From NCBI GenBank assembly GCA_040905425.1, contig JBBDRO010000002.1, positions 39,731 to 64,227 on the forward strand: a stretch of 24,497 bases of DNA, written 5' to 3'. Origin of the DNA: Gemmatimonadota bacterium. GTDB taxonomy: Bacteria > Gemmatimonadota > Gemmatimonadetes > Longimicrobiales > RSA9. The notes beneath the pieces were generated by a model that was given only the letters and a program-made list of their open reading frames with translations, did no database searches and was not told the DNA's origin. This document shows, piece after piece, positions 1 through 7,631 of this stretch. Every line of letters starts with the position of its first letter. The first letter of the stretch is position 1. A program made the position numbers and the translations under genes.

Positions 1-150
1 ACCTCGCGGTCAAAGGGCTCTGCCGCAAGGTGGCGCGGGGCCGGCCCTGGCGTCACGGATGCGCCCGCGAGCTGTGGCGACGGGGCGGCGAGTGGCTGTG
101 GGGGGCGGTGACCGGTGCTGGAGCAAGTGGGCCTCGACGCGTGACGCCTC

Positions 151-1509
151 TCAAGGCCTCAACGGCAGCACCAACCGCGCCTCGCAGCCAACGCCACCGG
201 GACGGTTCTCCAGGGTGAGACTGCCTTCGTGCGCCTCCGTGATCTGGCGCGAGAGTGCCAGGCCGATCCCCGTTCCATGGGGCTTGGTGGTGAAGAAGGG
301 CACGAAGAGATTGGCGGTATCCGCCACGCCCTGACCTTCGTCTCGCACCCGCACCACCACCGTGCCGTCGTGCCGCTCCCACCCCACGCTCACCTCGCCG
401 CCCGTCTCCAGGGAGGCGTCCACGGCGTTGCGGATGAGGTTGATGAGCAGCTGGTCGAGCTGGTCCCCGTCCGCGCGGATCTCCACGGGCGGCCCCTCCT
501 CCACGTGTACCGGCAGCCGCGTTTCCAGCCGGGCTACCCGGCGGACCCACGCGGCCACCTCGAGCGGTGCCAGCTCCGGCGCGGGCAGGCGGGCCAGGTG
601 CGCATAGGACTGCATGAAGCGGGAGAGGGACTCGCTCCGCCCGGCAATGACGGCCAGCCCCTGGCGGAGGTCCAGCTCCGCGTCGGCGGGACGTTCGGAG
701 CGGGCCAGCAGCTCCTGCAGACTGCCGGCAATGGACTTGATCGGGGCCAGGGAGTTGTTGATCTCGTGGGAGAGGACCCGGATGAGGCGCTGCCAGGCCA
801 GCAATTCCTCCTCCCGCAGCGTCCTGCTGAGATCGGAGACCACCAGGAGACGGTGGGGGGCACCGCCCTGCCGGAAGGTGGAGCGCCGGACCTCCCAGCG
901 GCCGCTGCCGCCCGGGAAGGTGGCGTCGATGGTGCGCTGCTCCTTCTCCGCGAGGCAGTCCGCCAGCCCCACCGCCTCGGCCGTGCGTCCCCGCAACCGC
1001 TCCTCCGGCTGCTGGAGGAGATGCGCCCCCGCCCGGTTGACGAGTCGCAGACGGTTTTCCGCGTCGAAGGCAAAGACCGCCACGTCGATCTCCTCCACGA
1101 CCGTGCGCAGCAGGGCCGTGGCCTCGAGGGCACCCAGCCGCTGCTCCCGCAGCGTCTGGCTGAGGGCGTTCACCTCCAGCCTGGCCAGCCCCAGGGCGTC
1201 GTGCGTGCCGGCGCCCCTGGAGCGGATGGAGTAGTCCCCCTCCAGCAGGGCGGCCAGGAGGTTCGAGAGCGTCTGGATGGGGCGCACCACACGCTCGCGG
1301 AGGGCAAAGCCGAACCACCACCACGAGCCCACCACCAGGAGCCCGAAAGTCCAGCGCACCCGGGGCGAATAGTCGCCCAGGAAGAGGAGCGCCGTGGCCA
1401 CGAGCACACCTGGGAGTCCCGCCAGGAGGGCCAGGAGGAGGAGGCGTGCCTCGAAGCTGAGGCGGGGGCGCCGGGTGCGGCCGGCGGAATCAGGTGGTGG
1501 GGATGTCAT
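151..1509 (-). CDS. Two-component sensor histidine kinase (2 TM, HAMP, PAS-like, DHp, HATPase; NtrY/NtrB-like)
   Basis: H-box RVLSHEINNSL, N-box QLLINLIRNAVDA, G1 VRDEGQG, F-box LFVPFFTTK, G2 GTGIGL. Two N-terminal hydrophobic helices. Overlaps the response regulator stop by 20 bp. Confidence 0.95.
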   Translation of the reverse strand: MTSPPPDSAGRTRRPRLSFEARLLLLALLAGLPGVLVATALLFLGDYSPRVRWTFGLLVVGSWWWFGFALRERVVRPIQTLSNLLAALLEGDYSIRSRGAGTHDALGLARLEVNALSQTLREQRLGALEATALLRTVVEEIDVAVFAFDAENRLRLVNRAGAHLLQQPEERLRGRTAEAVGLADCLAEKEQRTIDATFPGGSGRWEVRRSTFRQGGAPHRLLVVSDLSRTLREEELLAWQRLIRVLSHEINNSLAPIKSIAGSLQELLARSERPADAELDLRQGLAVIAGRSESLSRFMQSYAHLARLPAPELAPLEVAAWVRRVARLETRLPVHVEEGPPVEIRADGDQLDQLLINLIRNAVDASLETGGEVSVGWERHDGTVVVRVRDEGQGVADTANLFVPFFTTKPHGTGIGLALSRQITEAHEGSLTLENRPGGVGCEARLVLPLRP

Positions 1510-2860
1510 ACTGCTGCAGCCGCCGGTAGAGGGCGCTGCGGGAGAGCCCCAGCGCCTCCGCCGCGCGGCTCACGTTCTTCTGACAGCGGTCCAGGGCCTT
1601 CTGGATGAGGTAGCGCTCCGCCTCCTCCAGCGTCATCTCCTCGAGCCGCTCCGCTCCGTCCACCCGGCCGCGCAGCCCCAGGTCCTGCACGCGTACCCGC
1701 GGCCCCTGCGCCATGAGTACGGCCCGCTCCACGACGTGCTCCAGTTCCCGCACGTTGCCCGGCCACGTATACTCCCGGAGCGCCTGCAGCGCTTCCCGGT
1801 CGAACTCGGCCACGTCCTTCTTGTAGCGCACCGCCTGCCGCCTGAGAAAATGCAGCGCCAGCACGGCCACGTCGTCCGGCCGCTCGCGCAGCGCGGGGAC
1901 GTGGATCTCCACCGTGTTCAGGCGGTAGAGGAGGTCCTCCCGGAAGCGGCCTTCCACCACCTCCAGACCGATGTCCACGTTCGTGGCGGAGAGGACGCGG
2001 ACATCCACGGCGCGGGTCTTAGAGGAACCCACGCGCTGGAACTCCCCCGTCTGGAGGACGCGCAGCAGCTTGGCCTGCTGCGAAGGGGGCATGTTCCCCA
2101 CCTCATCCAGGAACAGGGTGCCGCCGTCCGCCAGCTCGAAGTAGCCCACTCGGTCCGTCTTGGCGTCGGTGAAGGCGCCCTTCACGTGGCCGAATAGCTC
2201 GCTTTCGAAGACGCCCTCGGAGAGCCCGCCGGCATTCACGATGACCAGCGCCTTCCGCGCGCGCGCCGAGAGGGCGTGGAGGCGCCGTGCCACCAATTCC
2301 TTCCCGGTGCCGTGCTCCCCCGTCACCAGCACGTTGGCCTCGGATGGGCCCATTCGCTCGATGAGGTGGAGGACCGGCTGCATGGCGCGGGACTCGGAGA
2401 TCATCTCCGGCAGCCCCTCCGACCGGAGCATGCGGTTTTCCGTCTCCAGGAGCTGGCTCTCCCGGATGACCCGCCCCAGCTCCACGTGCGTGCGCAGGGT
2501 GGCCAGGAGCCGGTTGTTGTCCCACGGCTTTTCCACGTAGTCCCGCGCGCCGCGTCGCATGGCTTCCACCGCGCCCTCGATGCTGCCCCATGCCGTCATG
2601 ACAATGACAGGCAACGTGCTGTCCAGGTCCTTGATCTCCAGGAGGAGGTCGAGCCCCTCCCGGCCCGACGTGGTGTCCCGGGTGTAGTTCAGGTCCATGA
2701 GGATGGCATCGAAGTCCCGGGCCTCCAGGGCGGCCAGGACCCCCTGCGGGGACTTCACGGACTCCGTCTCGTAGTCCTCTCCCTTGAGCAGGAGGCGGAG
2801 GGCCTCCAGCACGTCGGCCTGGTCGTCGGCTATCAGGATGCGGGCTTTCGGGTCGCTCAC
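1490..2860 (-). CDS. Sigma54-dependent response regulator (NtrC family: REC, AAA+, Fis-type HTH)
   Basis: REC motifs ILIADD and ILMDLN, Walker A GEHGTGKE, ESELFGHVKGAFTDA loop, Walker B TLFLDEVG, RFREDLLYRL, WPGNVREL, C-terminal HTH AAEALGLSRSALYRRL. Confidence 0.96.
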   Translation of the reverse strand: MSDPKARILIADDQADVLEALRLLLKGEDYETESVKSPQGVLAALEARDFDAILMDLNYTRDTTSGREGLDLLLEIKDLDSTLPVIVMTAWGSIEGAVEAMRRGARDYVEKPWDNNRLLATLRTHVELGRVIRESQLLETENRMLRSEGLPEMISESRAMQPVLHLIERMGPSEANVLVTGEHGTGKELVARRLHALSARARKALVIVNAGGLSEGVFESELFGHVKGAFTDAKTDRVGYFELADGGTLFLDEVGNMPPSQQAKLLRVLQTGEFQRVGSSKTRAVDVRVLSATNVDIGLEVVEGRFREDLLYRLNTVEIHVPALRERPDDVAVLALHFLRRQAVRYKKDVAEFDREALQALREYTWPGNVRELEHVVERAVLMAQGPRVRVQDLGLRGRVDGAERLEEMTLEEAERYLIQKALDRCQKNVSRAAEALGLSRSALYRRLQQYDIPTT

Positions 2861-2945
2861 GGTGCGCGCTCTCGGGGTGGCGGTGGCGGTGCCTTCAATC
2901 TAGGTGGCGGGGCCGCAGCCGCCACACGTCGGCCGCCAGCGAACG

Positions 2946-3749
2946 CTACACCTCCCCCGGCGTGTGCCCCCCGTGGTGCATGTCGAAGCCGCTCTCCTCC
3001 AGCTCCTCGGCGCGCTGGCTGTCCTCGTCCCGCACGATCTGGCCGTCGAAGAGATGGACGGTGCGCTCGGCGTGCCGGGCGTAGCGGGGGTCATGCGTCA
3101 CGATGCAGATGGTGGCCCCGTCGGCGTGCAGCTCCCGCATCAGGTCCATCACCGCCTCGCCGTTCTTGGAGTCCAGGTTTCCCGTGGGCTCGTCGGCCAG
3201 GAGGATGAGCGGCTTGCCCACGATGGCGCGGGCCACCGCCACACGCTGCTGCTGACCGCCGGAGAGCTGGGACGGATAGTGCTTGGTGCGGTGGCTCATG
3301 CCCACGCGCTCCAGCGCCTCGTGCACCCGCTCCTTGCGCTCGCTGCCGGCCATGCCGCGGTACGTGAGGGGCAGTTCCACATTCTCGTAGACGTTCAGGT
3401 CCCCGATGAGATTGAACGCCTGGAAGATGAAGCCGATCTCACGGTTGCGGACGCGGGCGCGGTCCGACGCGGACAGGTTGGACACGTCGTTCTCGTCCAA
3501 CGAGTACGTCCCCGAGGTGGGGGAGTCCAGGAGCCCGAGCAGGGAGAGCAGCGTGGTCTTCCCGCAACCGGACGGACCGGCGATGGAGATGAATTCCCCC
3601 CGCTTGATCTCGAGCTGGATGCCGCTCAACGCGTGGGTCTCCACCTCGTCCGTGTAGAAGACCTTGGCCACGTTGTCCAGGTGGATCAGTACGTCGGACA
3701 TCACGGCCGTGCCGCCCGCCGGGGGACTCGCCTGCGTCGCTTGCGCCAT
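2946..3749 (-). CDS. ABC transporter ATP-binding protein, LolD/MacB-type, stand-alone
   Basis: Walker A GPSGCGKT, GFIFQAFNLI, signature LSGGQQQRVA, Walker B/D-loop LLADEPTGNLD, H-loop VTHD. Start moved to ATG 3749, which follows an AGAGGAG RBS. Confidence 0.95.
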   Translation of the reverse strand: MAQATQASPPAGGTAVMSDVLIHLDNVAKVFYTDEVETHALSGIQLEIKRGEFISIAGPSGCGKTTLLSLLGLLDSPTSGTYSLDENDVSNLSASDRARVRNREIGFIFQAFNLIGDLNVYENVELPLTYRGMAGSERKERVHEALERVGMSHRTKHYPSQLSGGQQQRVAVARAIVGKPLILLADEPTGNLDSKNGEAVMDLMRELHADGATICIVTHDPRYARHAERTVHLFDGQIVRDEDSQRAEELEESGFDMHHGGHTPGEV

Positions 3750-3860
3750 GTGGAACTCCTCTTTGTTTGCGGCTCCCGCCATGAGAACCGGATGATCGGC
3801 CGCGCGAGCGGCTCGCTGACGGCGTGAATGGAGCACCGGCCCAACCCCTGCCCGGTGCTG

Positions 3861-5111
3861 CTAGTTACTGATGCGGATCCGGTCGCTGTCCTCCACGCGG
3901 TCCGTGCCGGTGAGGATGACCACGTCCCCCTCCTTCAGACCCTCCAGCACCTGCACCTCGCTGACGGAGGCCTCACCCAGGCGCACCTGGACACGGCGGG
4001 CGGTGTTGCCGTCCGGCTCCAGCACGAAGAGGCTGATGGTGCTGTTGGCTCCACCGTAGGAGGGACGGGCCACGAAGAGCACATCGTCCATCCTGGTGAT
4101 CTCGATGTAGCCGTCCACCGTCTGCCTGGGACGGGCGCCCGAGGGCAGGGCACTCTCGAAGGCCACGTCCACGCCCACGTTCCCCACATCGGCCGAGGGA
4201 TCGATGCGGGTGACCGTGCCCCAGACGGTGTCCGGACGCAGCTCGATCATGGCACGCTGGCCCACCACCACTTCCCGCACCTGCGCTTCCTGGATGCGCA
4301 GCTCCGCCTTCAGCCGCGGCGGGTCCTCCACCACGCGAGCCAGCTCGGTCCCGGCGGTGACGTACTGCCCCACTTCCAGGTCCAGATCCTCCAGCACGCC
4401 CCGACCCGGCGAGGTCACCATCATGTCCCGCACCTGCCCGTCGCGGAACTCCACGATGCGCTGCAGCTGGTCCACCTGCGCCTGCTGCGCTCGCACCTGC
4501 GGCTCCTCCGTGCGCTCCATGAGCTCCAGCCGCTGCCGCTCCGCCTCCAGCCGCTGCCGCAACTCCTCCACGAGCGCCGCGGAGTTGGCCGCTTGGTTTG
4601 TGGGGATGAGTCCCTTCTCCAGCAGTTCCCTGTCCGAGTCGGCCTGGCGCACCGCCTCGTCGTACTGGCGCTTCACGGACGCAATGGCGGCGCCCTGCTG
4701 AATGCGGACGCTTTCCAGGTTCGTCTGCAGCTGCACCAGGTTGGAGCGGGCCTGGGAAAGCTGGCTGAGCGCCTCCAGGTGCGCATTGTCCACGTCCGGA
4801 TTGCTGAGGCGCACGAGCGGCGTCCCCGGCTCCACCTGAGCGCCCGGCAGTTCGTAGACCTGCTCCACGCGCCCCGTCACGACCGCCGTGATGAGACGGA
4901 TGTTTTCGGGTACCAGCGTACCGTTGCCGCGGACCGTCTTGACGAACGTGCCGCGCTGCACGGTGTCCGTATACAGGCTGGCCCGGTCCACGCTGGGCGG
5001 CGCCGGCTCCAGCCGCGCCAGTGCCACGGAAATGGCCACCACCGCCACCACCCCCGCGCCGATGTACAGCGGCCCACGCTTCTTCTTCGGATTGGCTCTC
5101 GGTTTGTCCAT
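3861..5111 (-). CDS. Efflux periplasmic adaptor / membrane fusion protein (HlyD/MacA family)
   Basis: Basic N-terminus plus one TM anchor, lipoyl half-motifs (GRVEQVYELPGAQVEPGTPL and SPGRGVLEDLDLEVGQYV), long coiled-coil hairpin, C-terminal EVLEGLKEGDVVI-type motif. GGGAG RBS. Confidence 0.93.
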   Translation of the reverse strand: MDKPRANPKKKRGPLYIGAGVVAVVAISVALARLEPAPPSVDRASLYTDTVQRGTFVKTVRGNGTLVPENIRLITAVVTGRVEQVYELPGAQVEPGTPLVRLSNPDVDNAHLEALSQLSQARSNLVQLQTNLESVRIQQGAAIASVKRQYDEAVRQADSDRELLEKGLIPTNQAANSAALVEELRQRLEAERQRLELMERTEEPQVRAQQAQVDQLQRIVEFRDGQVRDMMVTSPGRGVLEDLDLEVGQYVTAGTELARVVEDPPRLKAELRIQEAQVREVVVGQRAMIELRPDTVWGTVTRIDPSADVGNVGVDVAFESALPSGARPRQTVDGYIEITRMDDVLFVARPSYGGANSTISLFVLEPDGNTARRVQVRLGEASVSEVQVLEGLKEGDVVILTGTDRVEDSDRIRISN

Positions 5112-5159
5112 GGTCTCCCTGACCGATGGGGATGGTCCGGCTCACTGCCCATCGGACTA

Positions 5160-5176
5160 TTAAAGGGCCGTGCCAG
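5160..5176 (-). promoter_or_regulatory. Putative sigma54 promoter of the MFP-ATPase-RR-HK operon
   Basis: Minus strand reads CTGGCACGGCCCTTTAA. The -24 box TGGCACG is consensus and TT is conserved, but the -12 box reads TTTA instead of TTGC. About 50 bp upstream of the MFP ATG. Confidence 0.65.
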
Positions 5177-5259
5177 CCCTGCTCATTTCGAATTCCGTTC
5201 CTGCACAATACCTTTCAAGCGACGTCCCCCTTCAACTCCCACGCCCGCCGACCGTCTCC

Positions 5260-5286
5260 GGGAGCCTCGGTCCCGGGATCGGACAC
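5260..5286. promoter_or_regulatory. Putative enhancer (activator binding site), copy 1
   Basis: GGGAGCCtcggTCCCGGGATCGGACAC, 22/27 identical without gaps to 7123-7149. Starts 86 bp from the -24 GG. Confidence 0.65.
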
Positions 5287-5354
5287 CCGTCCAGGGCCCG
5301 GTCGCCAGAGCGGCTGCCCCTCGGCGCTTGCCAGAGGGCCGGGTCAGGGCTGGC

Positions 5355-6899
5355 TCAGCGCAGCGGCTGCCCCACGGCGCTTTCCAGCGCGGCCAGGTTG
5401 TCGAAGAACGCGTAGCGCGCCGCCAGCAGCGCCTGATCAGCGCGGGCGGCGCCCTCCTGCGCCTGGGACAGCTCCACGATGGAGCCCACGCCCACGCGGT
5501 AGCGCTCCTGCGCCAGCTCCAGTTGTTCCGCCGCGGCCGCCGCCGTCCTCTCCTCCAGCGCCACCGTCCGGTACGTTGCTTCCAGCGCCAGGTAGGCGCC
5601 CGTCACCTGCGAGCGCCGGTTCAGCTCCTCCGTCCGCACGCTCATGCGGGCGTCCTCCGCCGCGGCCGCCGCCTGCTGCACCTGCAGCTCGCGGTTGAAG
5701 CCATTGAAGATCGGCAGCGAGACGTACATGCTCACGGAGGGCGGGCGGCCCGTGAAGTCGAAGGGGAAGAGGCTGTTGGCCGCCAGCGCGGTGGCCCTGT
5801 CCTGATCCGTGAACACGAATCCGGAGCAGTCCTTGGGATAGCCCGGAAGCGGGGAAGTTAGGCGCGCGTTCAGTTCGTTGTTGGCCTCGCAGCTAGATCG
5901 CCGGCTTTCGATGGAGCTGCGCGCGGAGCCGATGGCCACGCTGTCGTCCGCCACGGCGCGCGTGGAGCCGCTCCAGCCCGCCTGAATGTTCACCGTGGGC
6001 AGGTAGGACATGCGTGCAGCCCGGGAGCTGGCCGTGGCGGCAGCCTGGCCCCGGCGGGCCGCCACGATGCGCGGATGGCCGCGCTGCGCCTGCTCCAGCA
6101 GCGTCTCGAGCTCCCAGGTGGGCTCGAATACCTGGAACTGGCTCGTGAGCTGGATGTCCCGATCCAGCTCCACGCCCACGCCCTGCAGGAGGGCCAGCTT
6201 GGCCGTCTCGAACGCGTGCTCCGCCTGGATGAGGGCCACCTCGGCCCGGCCGTGGGTCACCTCCGCCTGCGCCACGTCCAGGCGCATGCCCTCACCCACC
6301 TCCATGCGCGCCTCCGCAAGACGGAGGGCGTCGGCGGCGGTCTCCAGCACCTGGAGCTGGAGTTGGACGGCGTCCTGCGCCCGGCGCGCGGCCAGGTAGA
6401 GCGTGGTCACGGTGGCAGCCAGATCGTAGCGTGCGGCGCTTATACGGGCGTCGGTGGCGGCCCGGGCGGCGCGCTGGCCAGCCATGTTGAAGTAGGTTGC
6501 GCCGCTCAGCCCCAGCTGCAGGCTCAGCCCGTAGCTGGAGGAGAGGTAGGCCGGCGTGGCGCTGATGCCGAAGTCCGCGGCGTTGAGCCCGCCCGCGAGC
6601 TCCGGCTTGCCCGCCGCCTGGTAGCTGGCGCCCATCCCCACGGAGAAGCGAGGCAGCAGGTTGGCGTACGCCTCGCGCACCTGCCAGTCCGCCACCCCGG
6701 CATCGTTGGCCGTGGCGCGAAAGGCCGGGTTGTGGCGCGCGGCCAGCTCCACGGCCTCCTCGAGCGTCAGCGTGGCGGGAGGCGCCTCCTGGGCGTGCAG
6801 GGCGGAGGGCGGTGCGAGCAACGCCCCCGGCAACGCGAGCAGTGCCGCGGCCAGCAGCAGCGGCAGCCGGCAGCGGCGGGATCCTGGTACGGCGATCAT
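5355..6899 (-). CDS. TolC family outer membrane efflux protein
   Basis: Signal peptide ending ALHA|QE, LTLEEAVELA N-terminal motif, two OEP-like repeats (LLPRFSV and YLPTVNI), SLPIFNG, RYRVGVGSIVELSQAQ. Start moved to ATG 6899 after a GAGGAG RBS. Confidence 0.92.
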   Translation of the reverse strand: MIAVPGSRRCRLPLLLAAALLALPGALLAPPSALHAQEAPPATLTLEEAVELAARHNPAFRATANDAGVADWQVREAYANLLPRFSVGMGASYQAAGKPELAGGLNAADFGISATPAYLSSSYGLSLQLGLSGATYFNMAGQRAARAATDARISAARYDLAATVTTLYLAARRAQDAVQLQLQVLETAADALRLAEARMEVGEGMRLDVAQAEVTHGRAEVALIQAEHAFETAKLALLQGVGVELDRDIQLTSQFQVFEPTWELETLLEQAQRGHPRIVAARRGQAAATASSRAARMSYLPTVNIQAGWSGSTRAVADDSVAIGSARSSIESRRSSCEANNELNARLTSPLPGYPKDCSGFVFTDQDRATALAANSLFPFDFTGRPPSVSMYVSLPIFNGFNRELQVQQAAAAAEDARMSVRTEELNRRSQVTGAYLALEATYRTVALEERTAAAAAEQLELAQERYRVGVGSIVELSQAQEGAARADQALLAARYAFFDNLAALESAVGQPLR

Positions 6900-7020
6900 G
6901 AAACGGCTCCTCGGTGTGCTTGACGGAGTGACCCTACGGAGCGCCGCGCGCCAGGATTCACCGGGTGCGCCGCTGGCCTGCATCCGGGAACCACCCAGGG
7001 CGCGGCCTGTCCGTACTTGA

Positions 7021-7037
7021 GGGAAGCTCCGTGCCGC
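7021..7037 (-). promoter_or_regulatory. Putative sigma54 promoter of tolC
   Basis: Minus strand reads GCGGCACGGAGCTTCCC. The -24 box GGCACG and TT are conserved and the -12 box is non-canonical (TTCC). Same architecture as 5160-5176. Confidence 0.55.
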
Positions 7038-7122
7038 CCGACTCGCGGGACAAAATCCCCTGGGAGAGTAAGGGGATCGTCGATGCTGGCCTGCGGAGGT
7101 CGGGTCGACGCTGACCGGGGAT

Positions 7123-7149
7123 GGGAGCCCGTATCCCGGAATCGGACAC
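7123..7149. promoter_or_regulatory. Putative enhancer (activator binding site), copy 2
   Basis: GGGAGCCcgtaTCCCGGAATCGGACAC, near-identical to 5260-5286. Starts 88 bp from the -24 GG. Confidence 0.65.
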
Positions 7150-7222
7150 TGCATAATCCCGCTGGGGGCCGGCAACGGTATTTACGAGCGGGTCCGCGCA
7201 CAGGCATCGGAAAGCAACAAGC

Positions 7223-7278
7223 TTGACGTACGCCCACCCACGCTGCACCTTCCATACAGACTCTTAAACAAAGACTCT
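7223..7278 (+). promoter_or_regulatory. Putative sigma70 promoter and operator of padR-1
   Basis: TTGACG-17 bp-CACCTT (7223-7251), followed by a direct repeat AGACTCT-N7-AGACTCT just before the GGAGGA RBS. Confidence 0.4.
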
Positions 7279-7292
7279 GGAGGAAGAAGCTC

Positions 7293-7631
7293 GTGAACGC
7301 TCCGCTGCCGCTGCTGAAGGGCACCCTGGACACAGTGGTGCTGAAGGCCCTGGCCGAAGCACCCATGCATGGATTCGAGATCACGACGTGGCTCGAGGCG
7401 CGCGCCGGGGGGCCGCTCGACGTTACCGATTCGGCACTCTACCAGGCGCTCTACCGCATGGAGGAGAGGGGCCTGGTGGAGGCGGAGTGGGGCACCTCCG
7501 ACCACAATCGCCGCGCCCGCTATTACCGCCTGACGGGGGTGGGCCGTCGGCATCTGAAGGAGGAGACGGCGCGGCTGGTGCGCTTCACCCAGGCGCTGCA
7601 CCGCATCCTGCTGGCCCCCGGAAAGGCGTAG
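7293..7631 (+). CDS. PadR family transcriptional regulator (acidobacterial/ADOP-associated type)
   Basis: LLKGTLDTVVLKAL, MHGFEI, SALYQALYRMEERGLVEAEWG, NRRARYYRLT. GTG start with GGAGGA RBS. Confidence 0.93.
   Translation: MNAPLPLLKGTLDTVVLKALAEAPMHGFEITTWLEARAGGPLDVTDSALYQALYRMEERGLVEAEWGTSDHNRRARYYRLTGVGRRHLKEETARLVRFTQALHRILLAPGKA

Noticed and set aside
6900..7175. 92-aa N-terminal extension of TolC in the ORF track
   Set aside because: The signal peptide and RBS fit ATG 6899, and the extension covers the promoter and enhancer motifs.
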